Below the pieces are notes generated by a model, which had not been told where the DNA came from, searched no databases, and saw only the letters and a list, made by a program, of their open reading frames with translations. Made by a program: the position numbers and the translations under genes. Source: Lama glama (lineage: Eukaryota). Taken from it: a stretch of 64,000 nucleotides of DNA. The DNA lies in assembly GCA_028534125.1 (NCBI GenBank), contig JAPYYK010000269.1, positions 124,001 through 188,000 on the forward strand, written 5' to 3'. Shown here in pieces: positions 52,971 to 64,000 of this stretch (position 1 is the first letter of the stretch; each line of letters begins with the position of its first letter).

Positions 52971-53580
52971 GGCCATGGACAGAGCAGTATCCCCCGAAAT
53001 TCATATGCTGAAGCATCGATGTGACTGTATCTGGAGATAGGGCCTTTGCAGAAGAAATTAAGGCTAAATGAAATCTTAAGGGTAGAGCCTTGATCCAAGA
53101 AGATTAATATTCTCATAAGAAGAGGCACCAAAAGTTTGGCTCTCTCTCCACCATGTGAGACATAGTGAGAAGGAAGCTGTCTGCAAGCCAGGAAGTGTAC
53201 TTGCCCCAGAAACCCACACTAACAGACCCTGGCCGGGACTTCCAGTCTCCAGAACTGTAAAGAAATAACTAGCTCAAGATCTGCAGGTACTAACTACTGC
53301 ATATAAAATAGATAAATAACAAGTGTCTTCTGTACAGCACAGGGACTTGTATTCAGTACCTTGTAGTAACCTACAATGAAAAAGAATATGAAAAGGAATA
53401 TATGCATGTATATGTATAATTGAAACATGGTTTACACCAGAAATTGACACACTGTAAACTGACTATATCTCAATGAAAAAAAAAAAGAAAAGAAAAGAAG
53501 TAACTTTCTGTTGTTTAAGCCCCACCCCCGCCTCCCCAGTCCACGGCATTTTGATATGTCAACCTGAGCAAACAAGGACA
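52971..53580 (+). mobile_element. MLT1A/B-like MaLR solo LTR interrupted by L1
   Basis: 'aaattcatatgctgaag...gtgactgtatctggagatagggcctt...ggacttccagtctccagaactgt|...tttctgttgtttaagcc'. Confidence 0.88.
53271..53493 (+). mobile_element. Camelid-type L1 3' end with 12-bp TSD
   Basis: 'atataaaatagataaataacaag...gtacagcacaggga...accagaaattgacacactgtaaactgactatatctcaat' plus poly(A); TSD aaagaaataact (53259-53270) / aaagaagtaact (53494-53505). Confidence 0.93.
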
Positions 53581-53644
53581 GGCACTAAGGGGGGCAGCGA
53601 GCACCCCGAAAGAAGTAAAGTAAACGAGACCCTCCGATATGCTC

Positions 53645-54597
53645 CGGGGATGGCAAACTGGGTCCAGCCTGCCACCCGTTCGTTCTTGGACGGCCTGTGA
53701 GCTAAGAATGGTTTGTGTGGGGTTCGAGGACAAACAAGAGGCCCCACAGAGAGCCAAAGGGGGCTCCAGCCACACGGTGTCTGCCTGTGCCCCCATCACT
53801 CATGCCATGAAGACATAAACCAGAAAACACAAAAAGCATTCCTCTCCCAACATATAAAGTGATAGCTTGGGAACTAGCGTCTGTGGGGTCCACAGACATC
53901 AGGCAAATTCCTGCTCCAAGGCCCCTCAGACGCCTGGCTGCTGCCCTTTGAAGATAACAGAGCCTTAGCTGAAATAACAATCATCTTTACAATGCTCAGA
54001 AGCCTGACCTCCAGAACCGGTCACAACACAACCTCCTGCCGAAATCCCCAGCCCCACCCCTGCACAATCCCCTCCCGTCTCTGTTGCCTCAACATCAACC
54101 AATCAGAATTGTCCACGGACTAATGAGGCACCCTGCAACGCTCTTTGCTCCTGTGCCACGTAAGCACAAAGAGTTAAAGGCTACCTTCCTTTATAAAAGA
54201 CCTCAGCAACCGGCCCTCAGGACTGACATCCCTCACCATTCTGCCTGTGTTTGCCTGCAGCAGCGTATCTAATAAACTTTTCCTTGTTTCTGGTAAATGC
54301 GTTTACCACCTGCGGTACCAGACTGCCTTGTTCCACAACAGTTTGGATATTTTAAAATGGTTGAGAAGAAATCAAAAGAAGAATAACATTTTGTGACATG
54401 TGACAATTCTATGAAATTCAAATTTCAATGTCCATAAATAAAGTTTTATTGGAGCCAATCTGACTCATTCCTTTCTGTGCTGTCCATGGCTTCTTTCATG
54501 CTTTGACAGCAGAGCTTAGCAGCTGTGACAGAGACTGGCCTGAAAAACTAAAAGATTTACTATCTGACCCTTTAAATTTAAAATTTGTCAATCCCTG
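53645..54597 (+). mobile_element. MER58B split by a solo LTR (parts 53645-53715 and 54346-54597)
   Basis: 'ggggatggcaaact...gtgagctaagaatggttt' resumes as 'ttttaaaatggttg...aaattcaaatttcaatgtccataaataaagttttattgg...tttgtcaatccctg'. Confidence 0.9.
53716..54340 (+). mobile_element. Solo ERV LTR, 625 bp, 5-bp TSD
   Basis: TG...CA termini, TSD GTTTG (53711-53715 and 54341-54345), CCAAT 54099-54103, TATAAAA 54192-54198, AATAAA 54271-54276. Confidence 0.92.
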
Positions 54598-54599
54598 GT

Positions 54600-54760
54600 C
54601 TAGATCGGGGCTTTGACTTTATGGTGCATATGGACCAATAGCGGATCTTGTTAAGCTGCAGATCAGTGTATCTGGGATGAGGCTGCAGTGTCTGCATGTC
54701 TCACAGGCTCCAGGTGATGGTGTCCCTAACGCACATGGACCATCCCTTGATTAGGAAGGT
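54600..54760. mobile_element. MER5A-like MITE
   Basis: 'ggatcttgttaagctgcaga...ctgggatgaggctg...tctgcatgtctcacaggctccaggtgatg...tggaccatcccttga'. Confidence 0.75.
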
Positions 54761-56029
54761 TCAAGATCCATGTTGTCTAAGATCTCCGCTTTCATTTAGA
54801 GGAACATCTTCCTTAATGATCTGCTTGATTGGATAATCAGTACCCACCACCAACAGACTTATCTCGGAATTCATCTTAAAATTTAAAAATCAGTTCTTAA
54901 CAGGGGCTGGGTGAGATAAAAACAGAAGGGGACTCTGGTTTGTGTGTGGGCAACTGAAAGTCAATGAGAGAAGAAAAAGGTGTCAACACTGAGCGTTTGT
55001 AAGTTCATGGTTTCTTTTTTTCATGTTTCCGTTGATAATTATTTCTTTCATTATATGTAAAATGGTTCTCGTTTCTTTTAAATGTTATACCCAAATCTCT
55101 TCTGTGAAGATGTGAAAGAAGCCAATATTTTATGACATGAACAAGCTATAACTTTTTTTTTAAAGCTTTTAGAGTAAAACACTTAAAAGTAAATATTGAG
55201 ATTTAAACTGATGAGAAACAGATTGGGTATTGCCTGTCAAAGCCCTAAAGGCCACAAAATAAATGGTAAGGAAACAGCCTCGGCTCGTTGAAATGCAGCC
55301 TGCATTCACGGAGGTTTCATATGCACGTCTTCTCTTTGCTGCCTCCTTAACAGATGTCACCAAGTCAGACATACAGGGCCAGCGAAATGAAGTGCAAATA
55401 CATGCCACCCCGGGAGCCACGGGGACCTCAGCCACAGGCGCCCCAGCCTGCGAACCACACGTGTGCAAGCGCCTAGGCGTGAATTCCTCAGGCAGGAGCC
55501 CATGTCACTGGAATCGAAAAGAAGAACCTGGCACTTTAAGGATTTAACCCTGAAAACGTCCTGATATTTTCATGCAGAGTGCCAAGTCAGCCCAAGGAGA
55601 ACACTAGCTATGCTACTGCCCAGAAGAGATGGGGAACCACCCTGCAGGTAGTTTCTGCCTTGTCCTGAGTATCAAAGTGATAAACAACAGGGCTTTATTT
55701 ATTTGTGGGCTTTGCTGATTTACACATGTCTGATTGCTAAATCCCTCACAAACCATATGAGTATCATAAGTTAAGTAATAATCTTTGGCCTCTATTTACA
55801 TTATCCATATTCTGCATTTAAAAGGGTAAATGATGGGAGATAAGACCAAGGGTAATTAGTGATTTCTCCCGAAGCCAAAATAGAGGCTGGATTATAATCA
55901 AGATGAGAAATAATATTACTACTCCTTACTCCATCCTTAGTATGTACTATGGTACATAGCATATTAAAATGAGATTATATATATATATATATTTATACAC
56001 ACACACAACATTTAGCATAATAAAAGTAA

Positions 56030-56215
56030 GTAATCAATAAATACATTCTCCTTTAATCCTACTTATAAACAAAGGAAGCAGGTTTCTCTCTCCCCATTTT
56101 GCAGATAATAAAAGTGAGATGTAGAGTATCTACTACTTTGGCCAAGGTTGCATAGATAGTAAGCCACTCAGCCACGGCTGGAATTCCCTGACACCAAAAC
56201 CACTGTTTTTAGCTG
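56030..56215 (-). mobile_element. MIR SINE
   Basis: 'tccccattttgcagataataaaagtgagatg...ggccaaggttgcatagatagtaag'. Confidence 0.7.
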
Positions 56216-56379
56216 TTGGCAATATTGTCTCAGAAAAATGCATCACAAAGCTCCCGATTGCTGAGAAACTTAGTCAGCAAACAAAGCCTTTAAAATTTCT
56301 CAAGCCCATTCAGTTGAAGGGCAAAATCCCTCGGGATGATTTACTTGGCAAGATGACATTGTTTTTAAATGTCTGTGTC

Positions 56380-58545
56380 TCCAGGTGAGATGCAGTAGCC
56401 CGTGGAAAACGTAATTCCTGCAAAGACAAGTCAGAAAAGCTGAGAACTTTTTTTTAATCTGTTTAAGGGTATCAGATTTTTGCTGAAGTGATGAGAACTC
56501 AAATAGGTCAAGATTTCAGAGAGAGGAGAAAGCAAGCAGACGTTCTATAGAAGCTTTTTCCTTGGGGCATTTGCCAATTTCTGGTGTCTAGAAAGAACCT
56601 AAGAACCCAAGGCTTGCCTGGGCAGAGGCCTAAAGGTGGGGACAGAGAAACCAGTAGGACTTTTTTTTACAGTTTCACAGACACAAAAATAGAGACTTGA
56701 GCATTCAGGTTCCTACTCAGAAGAAGAAAAGAAAATCTAAATAATGTCAGTGTTCTCAAGATACATGCCAGATGTGGAAGCTTTATAGGAGAATTAAAAG
56801 CTAATTGCAAAGCCTCTAAGAAGCAAAATGGATTTTTCCAACAGTCCTTGCCTGCTGAGAAGACAATGATTAGGCTGTGGACCCATCAGGGGAGGGGCCC
56901 AAGTGATCACACCAAGCTCTTTGTTAAAACCATTGGAGGACTACATCGTAGGAACAAAAGCGAATGGTAGAAACTGCAAGCAAGTCTTGAGTCACCTCAG
57001 TCCCTTATTTGGTTAAACTGATCAGTCCCCGACTCTGGGACTCTGGGCAGCAAGGCACTAGAAGCTGAATAAACTAAAAATTTTATATACAATATTTAGC
57101 AATCAATCAAAAAATACTAGACATGACAAGATACAGAACACTGAAACTAATATAAGGAAAAAAAAAGGACAAGAGAAATAGATCCATGATGAGCCAAGTA
57201 TTTTAATTATAAGTTTAAGAAAATAAAGAATAAGTTGGAGAAAGATGCAGGGAATGAATAATTCCACTAGAGCATTGGAATTTATTAAAACGATCCAATA
57301 AAAATGTTGAAACTATAAAACTTAATAGATAATATTAAGAACTTAATAGATGAGTTTATCAGACAATTAGACACTGCATAAAACAAGCTGAATAAAATGG
57401 AGAAAGTCTATAGAAAAACCTCAGCAACTTACTTTTAAATAAAAAATATGGAAAAGAGAATACAAAATGGTAGACACAATATACATATGTAACATGCAAG
57501 TTATTGGAATACTATTAAGACAGAGGAAATGAGGCAAAATGCAGTATTTGAAGACATAATGACTAAGGAATTTCTAAACTGATTAAGGACCTTAACTCTC
57601 AGATTGGAGTCTCAATGAACTCCAAGCAAGATAGCACCAACACACACATAGATACACCACAAAATTAGCCATATCATAATCAAATTGCCAAAACCAAATA
57701 AAATAAAATAAGATAAAATAAAAACAGAGAAAACAGGTATTTCTCTGAAAGGACCAATAATAAACTTATAATTGACTTATCAAAAGAAATGATGGAAGTC
57801 AAACAACACAAAACAAAACAAAACAAAACAAAACAAAACTGCTAACCTAGAAGTCTACACCTTGCAAAAACAGCCTTCAAAAATAAAGACAAAATAAACA
57901 TTTTCAGATTAACAAAAACTGAGTTTATCACTAACAAACTTGCACAAAAGAAAATTCTAAAGGGAGTTATTTAACCAGAAAGAAACAAGGAAATGCCAGA
58001 TGGAAACAGAAAAGGTAAATGTGTGTGGGTAACTGTATTTCAATGGAATTAATGTCTTATGAGCTTTAAAATATATTTAGAATTAAAATTCGTAACGAAA
58101 ATCAGAGAAAAGGAAGAGGTAAATGCAGTTAAATTATTCAAAGATTCTACCATTAGGGATAGGAATAATTTGAATTTGACCATAGTAATTCAAAGGCACA
58201 CGCTGATCTCTCTGGAGTATCCACTAAACAAAATTATAAATGAATGCATCACTAAGTCATTAGAATGAAAACACTGAATAGTCATAAAATGTTTAATTTT
58301 GCAAAGGCATGAAAGGGAACAAAGAGGAAACCGAAATCACCAGGACCAATAAAAAGATGATGGGTGTAAACCCAGGCATGTCAATGATCAAGCGTCAGTG
58401 GACCAAATTCTCCAGTTAAAGATTGTCAGACTGGTAAGACATTAAAAACACAGATATCTAGACATTTAAAGAACAGAAAAAGAAATACCATGCAAATATT
58501 ACCGAAATAAACTGACGTGACCACAGTAATATCAGAACCTGCAGA
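56380..58545 (+). mobile_element. Old L1 5'/ORF1-to-ORF2-start remnant, contains (AAAAC)n at 57810-57839
   Basis: A-rich decayed ORF1 ('cagtatttgaagacataatgactaaggaatttcta', 'aacctagaagtctacacc...ccttcaaaaataaag') and endonuclease start ('tctccagttaaagattgtcagactgg', 'ataccatgcaaa'); boundaries approximate. Confidence 0.75.
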
Positions 58546-59356
58546 TTTCTTTCCAAAGAGATTCCGGGAATATAAACCCATCCTAGAAAAGAAAATTCAA
58601 CTTCCTGGTTCCTTGTAAGTTTAAGTTTTTCTTATGTCTTGTGTATTATTGTCCTACATTGAAGAAAGAAAAAAGATGTTTTTTTCTTTTTCCTTCAATA
58701 GACCCTGATGGTTTCTTAGAGGAGGATGGGTAAGCTTTCCAGGGTGTAATGGCAATTCCAGAATGACTGTTCCTCCCAAATTTCAGGGCTGGCATCTTAC
58801 ATTCACATGAGCTTAGAGGAAAACTGGAGTGTTAGAGCCATCAAATACCATGCTCAAAAAAATCCCTGCAGGATCGTTGTTTTTTTTATAAACCTCATTG
58901 CCAGAAATCAGAACTTCCTCGGCCATTCCCAATGGCTTAGTTTATCTCTTAATCTGATACACGTATCTACATCTTCTGCCTTCTTTTCCTTTAAACCTTT
59001 CCTCTGCATGATCTAGAATTGCCACTGTGTGATCAGGAAATTAATGTATCTCCCCAGCTTCTTTTTTAACACACCCCTCCGCTTTGTGGCCTTAACTGAA
59101 CCCTGGCTGGCTGTGGTCATGGCTACGACGGGGTAACATAATGATGACTTGGCAAATGCCACTGACTGCCTGCTCCTGTCTTCTTTTATAGAAGCACATG
59201 TCTGGCAAAAGCCAAGTCCTGAAAGTGTGCACTCTATCGTGTGCCATCCATGTACCTCACCTGAGAAGCTGAACACTTCCAGAGGAAAATCACATACTGC
59301 TTGGCAACACTACTCTGTTTTGGCAGCCTCCATTTCTCAGTCTTTATGATAAAGTA

Positions 59357-59804
59357 CGTGAGTGAAAAATATCGCCTGCTGTATCAGTAAACAAAGGACG
59401 CTGCAGCCATCAAGTCATCTGCCACCACCACCACCCGCAACTGTTCCCCCTGAGTGGACTCGGATGGGAAAGAGCAGGATGCTGGCCCTAGATAGCTAAG
59501 GTGCAAATCAGAGGAACAATTTCAGTGAGCTCAGACTCTTGCATCTTCCCATACATGGAAAGGTGCCAAATTTCTTAACTTGAAGTATCTGGTTTTCTTT
59601 AAGTAACAGTAATCTTTTGATGCTCCTACTACCTGGTTTTGGTTGCAAAACTCCTCTGTATCTTGGCTCCTCCCCTGCCTCTTCAGAGCAGTCCAGTCTC
59701 AGAGCTGTCTGAGAAGCCGTTATCCTGGGCTTAAGTCCTCATTAAATCTACCGAATAAAACATAACTCTCAACTTTTAGGTTGTGCATTTTTTTCCAGTC
59801 GACA
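59357..59804 (+). mobile_element. Solo ERV1 LTR (MER41-like Cetartiodactyla family), 4-bp TSD
   Basis: 'atcagtaaacaaagga...ccgaataaaacataactctcaacttttaggttgtgcatttttt..cagtcgaca'; TSD AGTA at 59353-59356 and 59805-59808; AATAAA 59754-59759; 5' TG appears mutated to CG. Confidence 0.85.
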
Positions 59805-59869
59805 AGTACTGTGTCCTTTCCACCCCCATTAAACTCTCCCCGTAGCTTCTCTCACCCATCAGTGAGAGA

Positions 59870-61325
59870 AAAGAATCATGCAACTTGAATTTCTCCACCT
59901 TCCTACAAACAAAACTCAGATCTACCTGTAAAGTTGTATCTCTTCTCCTCTCTCCCAGCATCAGTAGAGAAAACTGTACCTGCTTTTAAGATCACTCTCT
60001 CCACACAGAGCCTGGATCCATCTTTCATCAGTCTTCACCCACTCTTTGACCATTCCCATCAACATTTATAAATGTGCAGATTTCTATAAAACACCTGTTT
60101 TGATTCTCCATCCACCTGTCACTGTGGCTACATGTCTCTCTTCTCTTCTCAAGAGTTGTCCACTTACTATCTTTTCCTAAATATTCACCAGCTCCCCTAC
60201 CCTAAATCTCTCGGGTCAAGATAATCAAGACATTGTACTGACAAATCTAATGAACACTAATTTCCCACTCCACCTTTCAGAAATATTTGTGCATTTCACC
60301 ATTTCTTCACTTGTGAAATAATTTCCTCCTTTGGTTTAAATACCACTGTTCTCCTGCTTTTCATCCTACGTCACTGGTCTTTGCTCCTCTTGACTTCTCA
60401 CCCCTGGTTTTCCCCACGGCACGGTCTTAGGCACACTTCCTTTTCTCTCTCAACATATCCTGCCTACTGTCAATTTACATCACCTCCCAGACTGTTCCTC
60501 TTGAGTACAGTCATGTAAATGTCTTAGAGATTTTCCAAACATCCCAGCCTCTGCTAACCTACTCTTCCCCATTCATTCCCAAATTGTAACACATCAACAA
60601 TTGGAATCCAGAACAGCTACTGAAATAAAACTCCCAAGGACACCTGAGTTTCCCTTTCTCCCATTCCCCACATCAGATGCTCCGTGTCTCTCACCAGCAC
60701 CACGGGATGGCCCCTCTCCACTGGTCTCTGGTGGAGCTCACGCCGCCATAATCCATTATCTACAAGTACTTGGAGAAAACTTTTTTTCAAACTTGTTATT
60801 TTGAAACAACTGCAGATTTACAAGAAATCGAAAAAATAGTACATAGAGGTTCCAATGTATATTTACCCCACTTACACCATTTTAAAGTTAAAACGATCCT
60901 GGTCTGATCCCTGTCCAATTCTTCACCTCATCCTGTGCCTCTGGGCCCCTCACCTTCTGTGTTCCAGTTTCACTATTTACTTTCTTTCATTTCCCCAAAC
61001 AGACTGACTTTGCCTTCAACTCATCCCCCTTTCCCACGTTCTTCTCTTTCTCTGAAGTTCTCTTTCCGAAGCAGCTTACATATTACCCCCAGATCACCCT
61101 ACAAAATCGCTAAGCCTATGTCCTCTCGGCACCTGTATGTCCTTTCACAGACCCCACCACAATTATATTTGTGTTTGTTTGCATATTTGACTTCTGTATT
61201 TCTCAACCACCCGACTATAAATTCCAGTGGGAAGATAAAATGTAGGTCAGGATCATCTTCTCTCCTTATTACCTGGCACAGAGCATGAACGTACAATAGC
61301 AGGTGCTCCAGATCATGAATAAATG
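59870..61325 (+). mobile_element. L2 remnant, interrupted by a short minus-strand L1 3' fragment (60780-60880)
   Basis: Long pyrimidine-rich decayed L2 ending 'cctggcacagagc...gcaggtgctc...atgaataaatga'; insert 'ttattttgaaacaactgcagatttacaagaa'. Confidence 0.7.
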
Positions 61326-63204
61326 AGGGGGGATAAAAATAAAAGGGGAAAAGAAATTAGCAAAATAAAAAAGGAAAATTCACAGCCTGAGAACATTCTG
61401 AGAGCCTTTGGTGCAAGGCTCTGTGTCAGGCTGGAGAGGTGGTAAGCAGAACTGAAGTTGCTTGCCTCTGCACTGTGGCCCCCCACTCCTCTGTGTGCAT
61501 AATTCTAATTAATACTAGTTGAATTTAAATTGATATTTTTCCTTTGCTGCGTACTGCTCCTAAACATGAGGTCTGAAAGGCACAGCTCCACATTTTAACA
61601 GAGACGCCTCTTTTCCCTTTAGAAGCCATGAGGAAGCATTAACTGATCTGGGGGCATAATCTTTTTTCTGTCCTTCAGAGGGGAGTGTGGAGTCCTTTCT
61701 GTCCCCAGTACCCAAAGTCTTAACATTTTTCTGCTCTGCCAACCAAATGTTATCAGTGATGCCCAATTCCAGTAAGTCTTAAAAGCAGATAAGCTGACCA
61801 TCACAGAAAAAAGCACGGGGGTTAATAAAATAATAAAAAGAATGCTCATGGCTTGACATTTTTTTGAGAATCTTTGATGAACTGTGTGTAAAGAGTCCCT
61901 TACCTGCAAGCAGGTACCTGGTTTCCAGTCTCAGCTCGACTCCCAACTAGCTAAGATCAACTATTCTATCCATCTCGGTCTCAGATTTCTGGTCATTAAA
62001 GCAAAAGAATTACGTTCCAAACTGAAGATTCTCTGGTTCTCACAATGTACAAAGCTCTTCTCAGCCCAGAGTTGTATGAATAAGCTACCCTGTGAGTAGA
62101 AAAGCAAAAAGAGAGAAAAAGGGGGGAGACAGTCTGCTATTGCTGACTGGCTATTGTTCTTCGAGCAGGTGAGCTCTTTTGCATGAAGAAAACTTCCTGT
62201 TTTCCATGTTGCTTGACTGTAGCATGCCATTTTTCCTACCTTGTTAAAAGCTCCTATTATAGAAACCGCCAGATCTATTAGGACATCTTAATTACCACAT
62301 CTTGTGCTGCTTTTAGTCTCTAGTGGGGCAAAACTGCCATGATTTATGCTTTACTAACAATGATATTTCTACATTAGTAAGCAATTAAAGAGCCCAACAG
62401 CACTCCTGGGAACATCAGAAAACTGCAGAAGGACTGCCATCATTTCGATTTATATCTGCTCTAATTATATTTACAGAAAACTTGGAAAAGAAGAAGATCG
62501 GGTCAAAATGTTTATGGTGCTCACAATAAATGTTTGTAAAAAGAGAACACTTGTGCTTCGCACTGACTATAGAAGCAGCGTGTAAAGTTAGAGAGAAGGG
62601 CTCAGTCAAGGTCACACCAGGGTGAGAAGCAGTGTCGAGTCTTAGACATGTCAACCCAAGAAATTCAGATGAAAGGGGTTTCACTCCAGGACGAAGCTTC
62701 TATCTGGTGTGTGTTCTGTGCGCAGGGCGACAGGTGACCCTGACCTTTACCTGGAGAGGGGGGCAAGTGGGGAGCAGCATTTGAAACGAGGTGGGACCTA
62801 TTAACAGAAACATCCGTTGTGAATAAAACCGCTAAAAAGGCAAGAATACCCTGCCAGCAGTGAGTAGATTCAAAGCCAGGAATCACTGCTTCCCTTCTCC
62901 AAGACACAGGCTATTGAGAATCAATTCTTCTAATTCAACTGAAAGATTTGCTTCTCCCACTTTTGAAGTCTCCCCATATAAGATGGATGACCATCTTCCT
63001 CCACGTGCTCAGTTTTATTTTGCCTTCATCAATCTCTCTGTCCTATATATTTGCTATCAAACCTTTACTTTATTATGCAGAAAAGGACTATAAGAATAAT
63101 TGTAGGAAATGGTATCAGATTAGAATGTGAAGCTTCTAATTTAAATCTTTTTGAGCTCTCCATATTTAGCCAAAAGGTTGGTAGGAATCTAAACTCCTCT
63201 GTAC

Positions 63205-63360
63205 TATTCCTGAAGTCACAGACTCTTCCCTGGACCAGAACAGCAGCAGCACCTGGAAGCTTGTTTGAATGAAAAACCTCCGTCAGTCTCACACCTACTC
63301 AATCAGGGTCAGCGCTTTAACCAGGGGCGCCACCAGTACATTAACGTTTGAGAAATACTG
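63205..63360. mobile_element. MER5A-like MITE
   Basis: 'ccctggaccag...cagcagcacctggaagcttgtt...cctactcaatcag...gtttgagaaatactg'. Confidence 0.75.
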
Positions 63361-63444
63361 TAACTGAGCATTAGCAGTGACTGGGAGGTCAGTGTGTCTA
63401 TCGGGGAACTTGAACCCTGACGCCACAAGGTTCATAGCTCAAAA

Positions 63445-63548
63445 ATAAAAGAAAAAAGAAGAAGAAGAAAAGGAAAAAGAGAAGGAGGAGAGGAAAGGAA
63501 AAAGAGGAAGGGGAGGGAAAAGAGAGAGGAGGGGGACGAAGGAGGAGG
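63445..63548 (+). repeat. Purine-rich (GA/GAA/GGA) low-complexity tract
   Basis: About 100 nt almost entirely A/G. Confidence 0.9.
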
Positions 63549-64000
63549 CAGTGGCTTTTGGAAGTTACGTCACAAATTCCTCTTTTCCAAATTTGCTCTA
63601 AATCTCTAACACCAAATATCCAGGAGCTATCCCTTCCACATCTGGGGCATGCAGAGTGCACAATGAACTTCTCTGACCCCAAGTCTCCTGCTTTGAAGAA
63701 GCAGTCTGATACATGCCTCCTGCCTAGAAACAGCAGGAGGTGGCAGGTGGTGTCACTGTAGCTTGAAACTTTGCATTCGAATCAAGTCGCAGGGTCTACA
63801 GGGCAAGACGTTTACAGCATTGCAGAATAAGCTCGGAGGACCCCACAGACTGAACAGCAATCAGTGTCAGCCCGATGCCATGCCACACGACGGTTTCTAG
63901 AGAAACGACGAAGCGGCAGTCAAAGCTAGTTTCATTTAGGCAGTTCCCCTCTCTTCTCTCCCTGTCGGTGATCCTGCATCAATGCTGGTGTCGAGCACAC

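Noticed and set aside
53473-54272. Cluster of five ORFs
   Set aside because: Entirely within MLT1, MER58B and LTR sequence; no gag/pol/env resemblance.
63395-63440. B-box-like GGTTCAAG on the minus strand suggesting a tRNA or SINE head
   Set aside because: No A box, cloverleaf or tail; at most a decayed ancient SINE fragment.
1-64000. CRISPR arrays, rRNA, tRNA, snoRNA, NUMT, processed pseudogene, prokaryotic or viral coding system
   Set aside because: No regularly spaced repeat-spacer array, structural RNA signature, mitochondrial-like segment or long coding-like tract was seen; the content is explained by ordinary mammalian intronic DNA.

Overview
Mammalian, AT-rich, repeat-rich non-coding DNA. 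It is most likely a camelid (camel/llama/alpaca): several young, short L1 3' ends look camelid-type, older Cetartiodactyla-type L1s and an ERV1 LTR are present, and I saw no Alu, B1, Bov-tA, PRE-1 or CanSINE copies. No ORF in the track looks like a real protein. A large part of the window is recognisable transposable element remnant (L1, L2, CR1/L3, MIR, MLT1, two solo ERV LTRs with TSDs, hAT MITEs such as MER58, MER33, Charlie1, MER20, MER53 and MER5), often nested and with readable target-site duplications. The orientation bias of LTRs and L1s, plus several minus-strand splice-site pairs, suggests the window lies inside the large introns of a minus-strand host gene. Candidate small exons are at 10957-11032, 3112-3151, about 38137-38480 and 44242-44290. 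I could not identify the gene. The most notable non-standard observations are a ~92%-identical dispersed 140-150 bp duplication carrying an AP-1 site (36625-37625), a possible L1 3' transduction (46355-46556), three L1 3' ends truncated at nearly the same point, and an intact-looking 625 bp solo LTR. I found no convincing evidence of a new biological system. Repeat family names are from recognition by eye and need RepeatMasker/Dfam confirmation.
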